A DNA stretch of 64,000 nucleotides from Paraspadella gotoi (GCA_051294375.1 CM119270.1:3607957-3671956); one strand, 5' to 3'; counted from the first letter of the stretch, positions 1 to 13,075 are shown. Notes: a model not told the origin generated them from the sequence alone. Translations and numbers: made by a program.

Positions 1-128
1 GAGAGAGAGAGAAACAAGGAAAAGAAAGGGAGTGGGAAAAGAGAAAGAAAGAAATTGTTGATGATCCTAAATTATAAATATTTCATTTGTATGATTATTA
101 ATGATCTCCTAGTAAATATTTATTACTA

Positions 129-1074
129 CAGATCTGGTCAAAAAAAAGTTTAATAATAATAATAGGAAAATATTATTTTTTAGGACTCAGTTTGTTAACA
201 CATTGTCAGACGGTCAGACTACCATTTGTTTTCAGTACCGCATCCATGCGACAAGAGAGAGAGTTGTAAAGGCTGGGCAAATATGAAGGGTTAAGCTCCC
301 GCAAATATGTTTTAAATTTTTTTTGGATTTTGTTAACTGTCATGATATTGTACTGCAAAATGTTTTTTTTCATCCTTGACCGGACATTTTTGATGATGTT
401 GCAGTCAGGCAAGTTTCTGAGCCAACCTATGAGCACCTCGATCCTATTTTCCTCATTACTTTTTAGAGGGCTTTGGCTTTATATCCAGGAGCTCTATCCT
501 CCATGAAAAGCCTCCCATTCATTGTTGAATGACTTGCAACAATTCTTCTTCTCTCCATTTTTATCTCAACTGGCTTGCAGAAGCCATATGGTTTTATATT
601 GTGAGATTTTCCATGTCATTGTTCTTGCTCTCCGTGGACATGCAAGGCTGCCTGCTTCCAACTGCTCATCCAAAGTCTTCAGTTGCTTCCAATTTGTTAA
701 AAACTCTGCAGATAGCTGTAGGACAAAAATAAAACTGTCTGGCGATCCTATATTTTGACAAACCCGCCTTCCAAAGCTCAACAATTGTATCTTTTTTTTA
801 GGGTTTAGCTGTTTTAAAGTTTTTATAGTAAAAAATACAAAAAGTAATAAACTAGTTGGATAAAAAAATTTTTTTAGAAAAAAAAAGAAATTGTAAGATA
901 AAATTTTAATCTTTTTTATATTTTAGCACAGCTTCTATAATATTTAGCCTAAAAACCTTGTCATAAGCTCTAATAAAATATATTTATCTTGGTTTTTAAA
1001 TGATAATTAATAGGACGACAAACAAGCGTGATAGTAGGGGGTTCAATGTTTAAACTTTTTTTTGACCAGATCTG
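129..1074 (-). mobile_element. Tc1/mariner-superfamily DNA transposon, internally deleted (non-autonomous)
   Basis: Perfect 25-bp terminal inverted repeats CAGATCTGGTCAAAAAAAAGTTTAA (129-153) and TTAAACTTTTTTTTGACCAGATCTG (1050-1074). TA flanks both ends (127-128, 1075-1076). A transposase C-terminal remnant lies inside on the minus strand. Confidence 0.92.
206..436 (-). pseudogene. Tc1-like transposase C-terminal fragment
   Basis: W-LRNLPDCNIIKNV-RSRMKK resembles the Tc1 WPxNSPDLNPIENxW motif (catalytic E replaced). LYNSLSCRMDAVLKTNGSLTV resembles the Tc1 terminal LxxSMPRRxxAVIxAKGGxTKY. The fragment lies inside the TIRs. Confidence 0.85.
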
Positions 1075-1157
1075 TAGTTAATTTTCAGTATAGTACGAGA
1101 TTCTCTGTTTTAACAATTATTAATCTTTTTCTCAACTTGCACTTTTCGTTATCCTGA

Positions 1158-1400
1158 TCGTTGCCATCGCCGTCGTCGTCGTCATCGTCATCGTCATCGC
1201 CGTCGTTGTCATCGTCATCGTAATGGTCGTTGTCGTCTTTGAAATCGTCGTCATTCTCACCGTCGTCATTGTTGTCATCGTCATCATCGTCATCGCCGTC
1301 GTTGCTAGCGTCGTCATTATAATCGTCGTTGTAGTCATCGTCGTATCTTCGTCTCTGTCATCATCGTCGTTGTCATCGTCGTCTTCGTCATCCTCGTTCT
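1158..1400. repeat. Degenerate (GTC/ATC)n trinucleotide microsatellite
   Basis: Direct reading of the sequence. It explains the poly-T/D/V/S ORFs at 1132-1555. Confidence 0.9.
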
Positions 1401-1914
1401 CTTCCACCGACGTTCAGCGCCGCAGCGGCGTTTCTCTCTCTAACGCCCGAACTCGTAAAACGGAACGGGACGCCGATTTGCCTTATATACAAAATGGCGG
1501 AGAGGTTTTCGGAGGTGGCCGGGTAATTCGGACAAGGTGGGGTCGGTTGAGTTGAGGACGGGGGGGAGTTGTAGGCTCCGGTGGATATGGGAGGGGGTGG
1601 CGGGGGGTGGTTGGGATGGAGAAAAGAGCGTGGTGGCTGAGAGGAGCTTTTAGAAAAGGGGAGGGTCGATGGTGGGTGCGGGATTGTAAGATAGAGGGAT
1701 TTGAATTGGCGGGCAAATGCGATGGCGCAAAGTGTATGGCGGGAAGAAAAACGGAAGGCGATGGCTGGGAACATAGGAGCCTCCGCCCGAATCACGCGGC
1801 GGGAGGCCACGCGCAGACGTCGTCGCACGTGCGACACTTCCCCCATCGTTTGCCACGCCGCGCAGAGTTGCAACTTTGGCCGGACACTTTGAAATTTAGA
1901 ACCTCTCCCGTCTA

Positions 1915-2235
1915 CCTCTCTCTCTCTTCTCTTCTCTCTCTCTCTCTCTGCTCTACTCTCTCTCTCTCTCTCTTCATCTCGTCTCTCTCTCTCTTCCTCT
2001 CTTTCTCCGCTCGCGAACCCTGCCAGTTTGCGAACCGCGCGGCTTGAAGTGGCCACCTTAGCGAGTAATGACGCCTGTCGGGAGAATCGCATGGCGGGCG
2101 GAGGGTGGGAGGAGAGAGGAGAGAGAGAGAGAGAGAGACGGAGAAAAGAGAGAGAGAGAGAGACGGAGACGAGAGGAGAGGAACCGAGAGAGGAGCCCGA
2201 CGGAAGAGAGATGAGAGAGGTAGACTGCAGAGAGA
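1915..2235. repeat. (CT)n and (AG)n microsatellite tracts
   Basis: Direct reading; CT tract at about 1915-2005 and AG tract at about 2110-2235. Confidence 0.85.
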
Positions 2236-4869
2236 GTGTAAGACATTCCCAAAGCAGAGATTTTAAACAAAGTGTTAAGGAGGAAACATATTCTACATAA
2301 TTTAAATAACATTGTCTCAGTTGATTATGAACAGTTATAACTGGGACAGATCCGATGGAATTTCGATGTCCCGCAAAGATTGAAAACATGAATTTGGAAG
2401 ATGGAGAAATTTCGAACAAAATTAGAGGATTGAGAGATGAGGAGGATTAGAGAGAGGATTACTGAGAGTAGGGAGAGTACGAGAGAGAGAGTGTCACGAG
2501 AGGTAGAGAGAAGACCGCCGGAGGGCCTGGGGATCCGGAATCGGGATCGTGCCGGAGGGTGACAACTGCGAGTGACGGTTTAATAGTCAAAGGGTATACA
2601 GGTGAGTCAAGTTGTAACACTGATCAGTCGTGAACACGTATCGTAGATCTCATCCGCCCAAGTTTTCATTCGAAAAATCCTCGAGACTTCCGTCGTCGAG
2701 GAAAGACCGATAGATGGGGGGTGAGAGAAGTCACGTGACCGAGTGAGGGATTATAAGAGTGGCGGCGAGAGCGGGCGTTGGTTTTAGAAAAAGAAATTAA
2801 CACACCATTGGGTAGTGTGATCCAACGAGGAGATGAACTCCGGAACATCACCAGTAGTGCCACGTTCGCGGAGAGTACTTAGCTGATCGCGCATCCAATG
2901 GANNNNNNNNNNNNNNNNNNNNNNNNNCTTGACTTTGAGGGAGTCACGGTGGAAATCTCGCCGGGTCCCGATAGGTCAATATCATGTAAGAAGGATGAAG
3001 GAATTAAGTCATCGTCGCCTGTCCAAAGTCGGTAGGAAGAAAGCTTCTTCTTTGAATGAATTAATAATTTTTATATTGATTATTCAAATTTCATAAATGG
3101 GAATTATAGTTATCGCGACCAGTGATACCCTGTGAGTGGTAAGGTGCAGGTTAGAGAAGGTGGTTAGAGAAGGTAAAAATAAGAGGTAAGAAGGAGGTTA
3201 GAGAAGTTAGAAATAAGAGTGGATAGAGAGACAGAGAGAGAGGGGAGAGGGGAGAATAAAGAGAGGATTCATCGGAGATTTACAGTGAATTCACGGAGAT
3301 GTGTGAGGTTGTGAGAATTCTTTTTTTCGCCTGGGGGAAAAACAGTTGAGCAGTCGATAAGAGAGAGGGATTCCGGCCTGGAATAAAAGGGATAATGAAA
3401 TGTCTGCTTTCTAAGTCGAAAATAGTTTTTTCTGTACGATTTTGTAGAAGAAGTAAATTGATCACGGAACCGAAAGGGNNNNNNNNNNNNNNNNNNNNNN
3501 NNNNNNNNNNNNNNNNNNNNNNNNNNNNNNNNNNNNNNNNNNNNNNNNNNNNNNNNNNNNNNNNNNNNNNNNNNNNNNNNNNNNNNNNNNNNNNNNNNNN
3601 NNNNNNNNNNNNNNNNNNNNNNNNNNNNNNNNNNNNNNNNNNNNNNNNNNNNNNNNNNNNNNNNNNNNNNNNNNNNNNNNNNNGATTTGTCATGGGGATT
3701 GGACCCCGACCCGGTTGAAGGTCCGGGGTTCAACAGCGATGGGTGAATATCGAATAAGAACTCAGCTTTTGTACCAAAAACGGACTAAGCGATCTGATTT
3801 AAAATTTACGTAAAATATTATTTAGATAAACTGAACGCTTATGATTAAGGGCCTCTCTAATATCGAAAATTCATGGATCCGGTTATTCTCGTTTTGAGGC
3901 CGGACCAGATCCGATGAAGTTGACCAGGAATCGAGTTGGCGGACCCCATAAAAGATGAGGCCTCTCTCTCTCTCTCTCTCTCNNNNNNNNNNNNNNNNNN
4001 NNNNNNNNNNNNNNNNNNNNNNNNNNNNNNNNNNNNNNNNNNNNNNNNNNNNNNNNNNNNNNNNNNNNNNNNNNNNNNNNNNNNNNNNNNNNNNNNNNNN
4101 NNNNNNNNNNNNNNNNNNNNNNNNNNNNNNNNNNNNNNNNNNNNNNNNNNNNNNNNNNNNNNNNNNNNNNNNNNNNNNGAACATTCGTTCGGCCGTGTTT
4201 CGTAATTCCGTCTTAAAAGTCGGAGACAAGAGAAAAGAAATGGTTAAGAGGAACACTGAGTTGGTGGATGAGTAAAGGACATATCGAGTAAGCGGTGGAA
4301 AAGTGGTAATAAAAAGGTGGTGGGTGTTACAAAGAGGTGGTTTAGTTAAGGAACTGGCGAATCGTGGTAAGGATGTGAACATTGTGATTTGTGACGCCAG
4401 GTGATTTCAATATTTTGCCGAAATAGTGCAATTATTTGTAGCTGGGGTTAGATTTAGATTTTTATATTGTTTTTTTTTTCACGGATGTTCTCATTGTGAA
4501 ACATCAAAATGTTATACTGAATTTAATATATTGTGCTTGTGATGACGTTAAAACTGTTAGTTATTAACTTGCATTCCAACAGTTTATGTAACCCTGTTGG
4601 AATGTAATATTCCTTCTACAGGGTTTGTGAAGAAAGCATTTCAGAGAATCGCACATCACTTGATCCCGATTAAAATAATCTAGATGTGCCCAAAGCATTC
4701 CGGAAACGAAATCACGCGAAACAGAAGCATGGTCGTGCATGGCTGACACTGAGAGAGATCATACTGTCCCATTTTTTGTATTTATTTAAGTATGTTTCGT
4801 TTTTTGGATAGCCTAGGAGAAGAGACGAATTTAGAGTAGGAAATATAATTATAGATTATCTCTCTCTGA

Positions 4870-7600
4870 TATTTTATAGATTATTCATAAGTTTGCCCCT
4901 AACATTTTTTTTCGGCTTTTTGATAAAAGTTTTCTTGCCATCCGATTTTCGAAAGTCTCTAGACTGTGTACGGAGCTTCGTGAGTCGATGCGAAAAAATA
5001 TCACCAACTTTAGGGCTTTTTGGGAGTGCGGTCAACCTGTTAAAGACTGTCCCTGCGACGCGCGCAAGGCGGGCGGCGTTCTCTTGTACACACGGCCGGT
5101 TCCAGTAAGAATTGGTTGAGAGAAGAAATCGTCGGGACATCTCAAATTTCTTTTCTTTCGGCATTACGGATAACGAGAAGGTTTACTGTATTTGACACCC
5201 GTCTTCTTCTTTAGGAGCGGGCAAAGGACCTTAACGAGAACAGCGCCTTTTAAGTAATACCCCGTGCTTGAAGTTATGTCCTGGCTTTCCGCGCAGGTCA
5301 GTCTGCGTTCGGTAATCGTTTGGACTTTGTACGATCCTCCTTATTCTTTTTTGTATTTTCTCACCTTAAACTACGAAAGCTAGAGCTGGATATAAGGGGC
5401 CAGCGCAAACGAGGGGATTACCATGGTGTAATATAGCTGGTTGTTATTATCCTTTGCAGGGTTTGGTGGGTGCCTCGCCCATTCCGTTGTCTCTAGTTTT
5501 TACATAGCCGTAGTTATTCTCAGTTTGTAAAACGGGCAGACGGACTGCTTCAAAATAAAATTGACCAATAAAAGTAGAGTATCCTATTATTGACAATCGC
5601 AGAGTTGGAGATATTATTCTTTGTTTCTTAGTGTAAGATCTGATTTTTTGGTTGTATGTATGGTTTCGGTTTTTAGTATTGTGATAGGTATTGATTTCGT
5701 TTTAGTTTAGTTATTAAATATTATATTTTGTTGCAACCTACTACGACATTAGTAGATAGAGGTATTTTATTCTTAGATTTTCATGTAATATTTCAAGAAG
5801 ATTTCGGTTTTACAAGCAAGATTCGACGGCGAAGATTTAGAGCACGATTGATCCCAAGATTTAGTATTTTTTTATATTACGTCTCTAATTTACTATTTTT
5901 TCGTCGTAGGCTCAGTTTAAGGTTTTCGTGTCGATAAGTATGGTTTTGTGCGTCCTCTAACATATTTTGGTAAGGAGTGCTAATGTAACGCAGATCTTCA
6001 AGTTTCGGTCTTTCGCTATCGGGGGGCTTCAATCAAGGAATCGTTGAAAGGATGACTGGGTAGTATGCCTGATGTGCCTGACGCGTGTGTCGATCCTTTA
6101 ATGCGGCCTACCTGCGGGATGAGCAAAAAAGAATTTGAATATTTTTGAAGATTTTGTGTCTTTCGTCTCTGGTTGTGTACGTGATGTAATGAAGTAGGCA
6201 ACCTTTTTTTTGCCTCGCATGTTCGTTTTGAAAGATTGGCGAGGGTTGGTATACCAATGCTACTTAAGCCGGTTCGGATGATCACATCGGTCGATGAGTC
6301 TCATTTGCGTTCCTGCGGGGGGCGGAAAATTGCGATTCGGATTAAACGTGTTATATCGTTTAGCCAAATACCGACAACGCATATAATACTTTTTCTTTAC
6401 CTTTTCGGCCTTCTTGTCGATTGTCGTTGCGATCCACGATTCGGGCTTCAATTGCCATGTCTTTTTAGTCACTGTAAGTCGCGGTATACGTCTGTACGAT
6501 ATACATGTCGGGCCCGGGATCCACCGGGTTAATATTACAACCGCTCTTTGCCTTGATGCGCTAAATAATTAGGAAATCGGCGTTAAGGTTACATAGGCCG
6601 ACCAGCCGGGGTCAGTTGACATACGTCTCTACATGTCCGACTAATTACTCGGGTAGTCGTCTGGTAGTTAAACCGCTTTACTTCGATATAAGGTTTATAT
6701 TACTTTGGCTTTTTGACATTCCAGTTTATTTTAGTTTGTAATAATGCCCTCGAAGTTAGCTTTTGCCAAAAAATAATTTTATATTGTGATCAGTTAGTCA
6801 GAAAGTTGAAAAATATTTTTAAGCTCCTTCTCGTCTCATTTCCCCCCGCTGCGCCTTGTGTTCAACTTTATTTATAGGGGTCCTTTGCATATTGTGTCTT
6901 TTTTCAAGTTATAGGGGCAAACGTTTTTTAAAGTCAGAAACCAGGATTTGGCCAGTTTTTTTAGTGTTTTACAGTTTTTTTTTTTTGATTACGGTTGAAA
7001 ACGGGTGGTTAATGATACCACGCCGTAACAGAGTTTATTTTGTTTTTTCCTAATTCATGAGTCAGAGACGTTCGTCTCCGGCAATCGTCACTACAGACGG
7101 GCGGTCTTGCGCGTAACCCTTGCAGAAGTTGGTGAGCGGCTCACGTCCGGCCGTTTCGTGAACGCTTAGCCGACATACTTTGTCTTCGTTTTCTGTTATT
7201 TTGGGTGAAAGATTTAATTTTAGAATTACGACAACCGTAGTTTATTATTACATGCAATGCACGTTTTTCTAAATTATTCATTGTGTAATCGCCCACTGTT
7301 TCGTTCTTCAACATGATAACTTGAAGTTAGAACTTTGCTGGTGTGGAAGAAGGGTTGTCGCCGGTCAGTATTTGTTTGGTCTGACCGTCGTCACGCTGTC
7401 CTGTCTTTCAAAGCTGTCTTCGTCCGCAGTTTTTTGGTGCAGTATTGTTTAAGAGTTTTTTGAGGTATTGGACAAAGTTAAGTTCCTGGGCGCACTTTTT
7501 TGGCATACTTCAGCGTTTTAGAATTTTCTTCCTTTCACTCTTTCCATCGCCGCCTGCGACCCGGATTGTATTTTTATTGATTGTTAATGTTTAGACATGC
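4870..7600 (-). mobile_element. Highly degenerate non-LTR retrotransposon (LINE; APE endonuclease + RT type) remnant
   Basis: Manual minus-strand translation across frameshifts gives motif-like pieces in the expected order: CNLNADFL (~6571-6594, like APE GDFN), SGILPS then KLEDLRYIS/LLTKIC (~5965-6075, like RT DxRPISLL..SK), LYYTMVIPSF (~5407-5436, like LYxxxVRPxLEY) and EKIQKRIRRIV (~5330-5362, like LEKVQRRATR). There are many stops and the boundaries are approximate. Confidence 0.5.
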
Positions 7601-8769
7601 TCAATAAGGCGTAGTGAGAGCTTCAGTACGAATAATTCCTTAAAAGTCACATTCATGAAGCAACATACCGATGCACGTGAGCCATTAATTTTATAAAAAA
7701 TTAATTTCATTTTTATTAATTTAATTTCGGGCAACTAGGCTATATTTATACCTATTAAGTCACTGAATCCTTTATAAAATCGACCAAAAATTCAAAATAG
7801 GCTTTTTCTTAATTTGATTGCAGAATTTGAACATTCTGCGTGCAAAAAGTTGATAAAAGTAAAATATAACTCCATTTTTAAAAATTCTTATATTAAGTGG
7901 GGTAAAAATTAAAAAAACTATTTATGATGATAAAAAAATTAATTTTTCAGTTAAAAAATATAAGCTTTTTTTACTAAATGTTTTGAACCCAAACTTAGTG
8001 AAGGAATTTTTCAAAAAGAGTTATATTTCTTTTATGCAACTTTTATGAACAAATCCAAATCTGCAAAAAGTAACTTAGAAAAAACTGTTATTTGAAATTT
8101 TTAAACATTTATATTGGTTTTTAGTACTAGTATATTAATATTGGGCATACTGGCGGTAAATTGAAAAATTATTATAAGATTTTTTTATTACATAAATGTT
8201 CAATATAGTAGTATATGTTGTTTATTATCCCTCACTTTTAGAATTTTTAATTAAAGTTTAAACTTTAAGAAAATTTTATACTAGCGCCTTAAATGCTGCA
8301 AGGTATTTTTGGTATGCTATGACATACTAAATATCGGGGGGTGCATACGAATGAACTATCTTTAATATTTTTCGAGGAAATCCAGCTTCCTCTAACTTTT
8401 TCCCCGTTGTCTCTTTTGCTCTTTATTACTGACATCGGAAAATGGCTTCCATTCTAGCGATCGACACGAACATCTTTTAGGCTCTTTCTTTTGTTTCTAC
8501 TTAAGTGACGAGAATTCCGAAGGCAGTGGTAACAGCTTGATTTCTGATTGGTGCCAGACGTGATTTTCGATAGATTTCGATTAAAGATTCTTAATCGAAT
8601 TCTAACCCGACGCTGGGCATCTTCAGATCTCAAAGTTTGTCACTGGGTTTTTTAGTATCTTTTCTCAGAGCATTAGAAACTCTTATTCAGCATATCTCGG
8701 AATCTTTAATTTTTTGTGTGATCGCTGGTTTTGGTGGACTTTTCTAACCTAGAAGAAGAAGCATTCTCT

Positions 8770-9210
8770 TTTTTGTATATTATTGGCTTCAAGAAACAAG
8801 TAAGAAGCCACAACTTTAAATTTATATGTATATATTGCTGAGGTTTGTGGATAAATGTGTTTGGTTTATTCTTTGCAGGACTTTCTAAATACAATCAATG
8901 CAACTACAATCTACTCTCAGACTCTAGACTACTAAGCTTTACAAGCAAAGCAGACTCTACTACGACCGCAAATTTCGTCAGTCTGGGCTCTTTGCAGTTC
9001 GTCGTTCCTTGTCGGCCATTAAGCCCGACGCTCGTTCTGCCGAGACTGTCGTCGTCATCTGCCAGGGCGCATGACCGGCGCCATGCGTCTCTTCTGCGCC
9101 ATTATATCGCGCGAATTTCATCTGGTCTTGAAGTGCGACAGCGATAAGCCTAGTCAGTTAGAATTATCAAAGACGCCCACTTTTCTTGAACTTAGTTCCA
9201 TATTAACACA
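8770..9210 (+). repeat. Diverged copy of the segment at 29945-30300, including a conserved GT-AG intron-like interval
   Basis: Shared colinear blocks: agaaacaa|gtaagaa, tttaaa..tatatatt.gctgag.tttgt, tcttt..cag|gactt, ttcgtca, gaccgg.gccat, gttagaa.t..aaag. Confidence 0.6.
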
Positions 9211-9752
9211 TCCATCCATCGNNNNNNNNNNNNNNNNNNNNNNNNNCATCCACTCGCTTGATGTAGATGGGCGCTGCGCCAAAATTAGATTTCATGAGAA
9301 ATTGTAAGGTTTGTCGAGATCGAAAGGACATTTTTCTTCTTTTTAGTTGAAATTAGTTTTGCTATAAATAATGTTCATACAGGAGATGTGAAATGCCAAT
9401 TCGAAAAATATAAAGAAGAATTAAAGAATGTTCTGAGAATGATATTTCCGTGTAAATAACATGAGAATAGAAAAAAAAATTGAAATCTAAATGCAAAATA
9501 TATGAGAATGTAATTATGAAATTGGTACAAGATAAAACACTATAATAGTATTGCCTTTCGTTGATATCAAAATACTAAAATTACCAGAAGAATGTCTTGA
9601 GCATGTCATAAGAATGTCATCCGAATGTAATGAGAATGTCATGAAAATGACCTGAGAAAATATTAGAAAGACGATAATGATTGGGGCGACGGTCGACCTC
9701 CCGATGTGTCACCGAAAAGAGGGCGTTGGAAGATTAGAGAGAGAAGAGAGAG

Positions 9753-9801
<49 letters not shown>

Positions 9802-10319
9802 CAGAGAGAGAGAGGATAAAGGATAAAAGCGTGGGAAGAGGCGTAAGTCGCTTCAGCAGAGAAGGTAACGACATTGGTGAGGGTCTAATTACGAGGGATA
9901 ATGTTTTTTTTTTTTCTGACTCGATTCCCAGTCCATAGTTTTCGACTTTCTTTTTCTGATTTTTTTTTTTTTTTTTTGCCACAGAAGTAGTAAGACACAG
10001 AGATGTAGCATCTCACCAGCGCTGCTGTTTAAAAATTGATAACGTGTATGAAAGTACATAATGAAGAACAATATAAAAACGAGACCGCTAAAAAAAAAAA
10101 ACTGGAAGAGAAGAGAGACAAAGATGGCGTCTTCTGAATCCTGATCCGTCAATCGTGAAGTGATTTGTCTCCGAGAGAAATGCCGTCACGACCCACCGAC
10201 CAAGTGACCGACCGACCGACTGACGGGCGGAGGAGAGTCACGGGATTATTCACAGGCACTCTCACTTTCTCACAATCATCTTCAGAAAATTCCCATTCAT
10301 GCATTCGTTTATTCAGCTA

Positions 10320-10406
10320 TTCATTCATTCATTCATTCATTCATTCATTCATTCATTCATTCATTCATTCATTCATTCATTCATTCATTCATTCATTCAT
10401 CCATTC
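10320..10406. repeat. (TTCA)n tetranucleotide microsatellite
   Basis: About 20 near-perfect TTCA units; they produce the HSFI-repeat pseudo-ORF. Confidence 0.95.
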
Positions 10407-11887
10407 ACGCTCATCCTATTTTAAATTGCTTTCATCATCATTTATCTTGATCGCCCCTCGCATTCATTTTTTCGGAATCGTATCGTATTTGTATTCGTTA
10501 AGAAATTCTCTCTCGCAATTCATTTCCACTCGAATGAACGAAAACCGAAATGACTCAAAGAACGTTCCCAAACCATTTTTTCTTTGTTTTATGATATGAG
10601 ATACTTTCGGCCGCTGACTTCTTAGTTCGGCAGCAATTTGGTCAGATTTGCGATGAGCAGTTGTGGTCATTTATCGAGAGCGGTAATTGTCAATTAGAAT
10701 GATGATAAAGGAAATATGTTCGTTAGAATTTACTCAGACTTATATTAATTTTTCAGAAAAAAATTTATTTTTACTACTTGAAGTGATTTTGTCAAATTAT
10801 TCCCAAAAGAGCGCGCGGACCCGGTAGACTAGGCTTCCCGGGACATGTTATAACATTCGGAGACTTTCGGCGTCTCTCGGCATCTTCACGAGTCTTCAGG
10901 CATGTGCCGAGGCTCTTCCAACGTCTCTAAGCGTCTTCCAGTGACTTCCGGCGTTTCCCGCCACCTTAAGACTCTCTCTCGTTTTCTTGGCAACGCGACG
11001 CATACGTCATTCCCTCGTTTAATGACGCGGGGGGGGGGAAAAGAAGTCGGGGCAACGATCATTGCAGTTGGCAACGAGAGGCGTTGGAGATGTGGTTTGC
11101 GGCGCGTACAACTATATAGCGCTAGTTGCAGAAAGATGGTTTGCGCCTGCGCAGAAGGATGGAGAAAGAGTAAGAACTGTTTTTAAACGGGCGAACGAGG
11201 GTAGAAATCGTGGAGATTGAAAACAATATAATCTGGAATCCAGATTCGTTAATTTGAGGTTAAAACAGTCGACGCGTCAATACACAACACTGAAGCATAG
11301 TAAAAGATTCGAATAGTGTGTAATGGACACATTTAACAATCTTGTACCAGTTAACATTTTCAAATAATAACTTTTTTTTCCAATTGTCGTATTGGCCCAT
11401 ATTTATTTTTAAAAGTGCTCACCTTAAAATTGAAAAAAATTGAAAGTACACATATTTTTTAATTTTAAAAATTTGAATTCCTCGTAAAAATTGTGTAGAA
11501 AAGAATGAAAAATTTTGTTTCTATCAGTATTCGAATAATAGCGCTCATGTATTAATAAATCATTGAAGCAAGACTGTTTATTCTCAACGAGTCCAATTTT
11601 TATGTGCATCTTTCACTTGGCCTTACCCAAGACGATAACCTTAGCCGAATAACTGATTCACTCAGACAGGTTCATTGAACTCTTCAAATGATGCTGGCTA
11701 ATTAACGGACCGTTATAACTTGACACTGCCGCCCTGATTTCAATTTAAATTACTAAATTTTTAAATTTCACTAATGGAGCATCATAAACGGGTACGAGTC
11801 CGAACACGGCATTACAAAAAAACAAAAAAAAAACCGGTTGACTGTATTTGAATCGTAGTGAAAAGAAAAGACGGTTTATGGCATCCC

Positions 11888-11939
11888 GTTTCCATTAGCA
11901 ACATCGCGGTTTCCATCTCTAGACTGTTGCCATGGAAAC
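11888..11939. promoter_or_regulatory. Pair of RFX X-box motifs
   Basis: GTTTCCATTAGCAAC (11888-11902) and GTTGCCATGGAAAC (11926-11939) both fit the X-box palindrome GTTNCC(N0-3)RGNAAC. A further half-site GTTTCCAT lies between them. Confidence 0.5.
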
Positions 11940-12103
11940 CCTGAATCGAACGAGCTCCCATTGAGAGAAAGCGAGAGAGAGGCTCAGACTTTGCCAGCAA
12001 ATCGATCGATTTACCACTCGATTTGTGCCACTCGCCATTCGTTCGCAATCCGGAGACGCTTCGTCTTGTCCTGGTATTTTTTTTTTTTTTTTGGCGGCGC
12101 GGC

Positions 12104-12208
12104 GCCAATTGCTATTCATGCCAATCGCTTATCGCCATTCATCCGGTGCCAATCGCCATTCATCCGGCGCCAATCGCCATCCATCCGGCGCCAATCGCTT
12201 TCATTCCG
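12104..12208 (+). repeat. 21-bp minisatellite (GCCAATCGCCATTCATCCGGC-like) carrying repeated CCAAT boxes
   Basis: About 4 tandem units; five CCAAT occurrences within about 100 bp. Confidence 0.8.
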
Positions 12209-12259
12209 GAGCCGAATAATAATGGGAAAATAAAACGCGGAGAGAAAATGAGAGACTAT

Positions 12260-13021
12260 CGTCGCGAGAGGGAGAGCCAGAGAGAGGGAGAGGAAAAGAA
12301 GAGAGAGGGAGAGAGAAGACGGGGTAGGGTGAGGCAGAGGGAGGGAGTGTGGGGAGAGGGATATAGGCAGTGTGGGACCATATGGAGAGGGAGAGGGAGA
12401 GGGTAGGAGAGAGGGAGACCAGAGGGAAGAAAGGGAGGAAGAGAACTAAAGAGAAAGGAGGAAAGTAATGAGAAGCAAATAATTTCAGCTCAGAAAAGGG
12501 AAGAGAGGGAGGAAAGAGGGGAAGGAGAGGGAAAGGGAGGCCAGAGGGAGAGAGGGAGGAAGAGAGAGAAGGAGAGGGAAAGAGAGAGGGAGGCCAGAGG
12601 GAGAGAGGGAGGAAAGAGAGAAGACAAGGAGAGGGAAGGAGAGAGGAGAGGCCAGAGAGGGAGAGAGGGGAGAGAAGAGAGGGAAAGGAGAAGGGAAAGG
12701 GAGGCCAGAGGGAGAGAGGGAGGAAGAGAGAGAAGGAAGGGAGAGGAGAGAGGGAGGGCCAGAGGAGAGAGGCGAAGGAAGAGAGGGAAGGAGAGGGAGA
12801 AGAGAGGCCAGAGGAGAGAGGGAGGAAGAGAGAGAAGGAGAGGGAAGAGAGAGGGAGGCAGAGGGAGAGAGGAGAGAAGAGAACTAAAAGAGAAGGAGGA
12901 AAGTAATGAAGAGGCAATAATTTCAAGCTCAGAAAAAGGAAGAGAGGAGAGAGGCCTGAAGAAAAATGGTGATTAAGGAGGAGAAAAGAGAAGAGAGAGG
13001 GGGAAGGAAAGTAAAAGCCGA

Positions 13022-13066
<45 letters not shown>

Positions 13067-13075
13067 GGAGAGAGA
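12260..13075. repeat. GA-rich low-complexity/minisatellite region (GGCCAGAGGGAGAGAGGGAGGAAGAG units)
   Basis: Repeated ggccagagggagagag units, plus a ~70-bp direct repeat (12440-12510 vs ~12878-12950). Confidence 0.8.

Noticed and set aside
1388-2419. 343-aa minus-strand ORF
   Set aside because: It is stitched through CT/AG microsatellites and G-rich low-complexity DNA, with no recognisable domain.
8880-8960. Short match (ttctaaatacaatc, aaagcaga.tct) to the start region of the 227-aa ORF
   Set aside because: The similarity does not extend up- or downstream; it is compatible with chance in AT-rich DNA.
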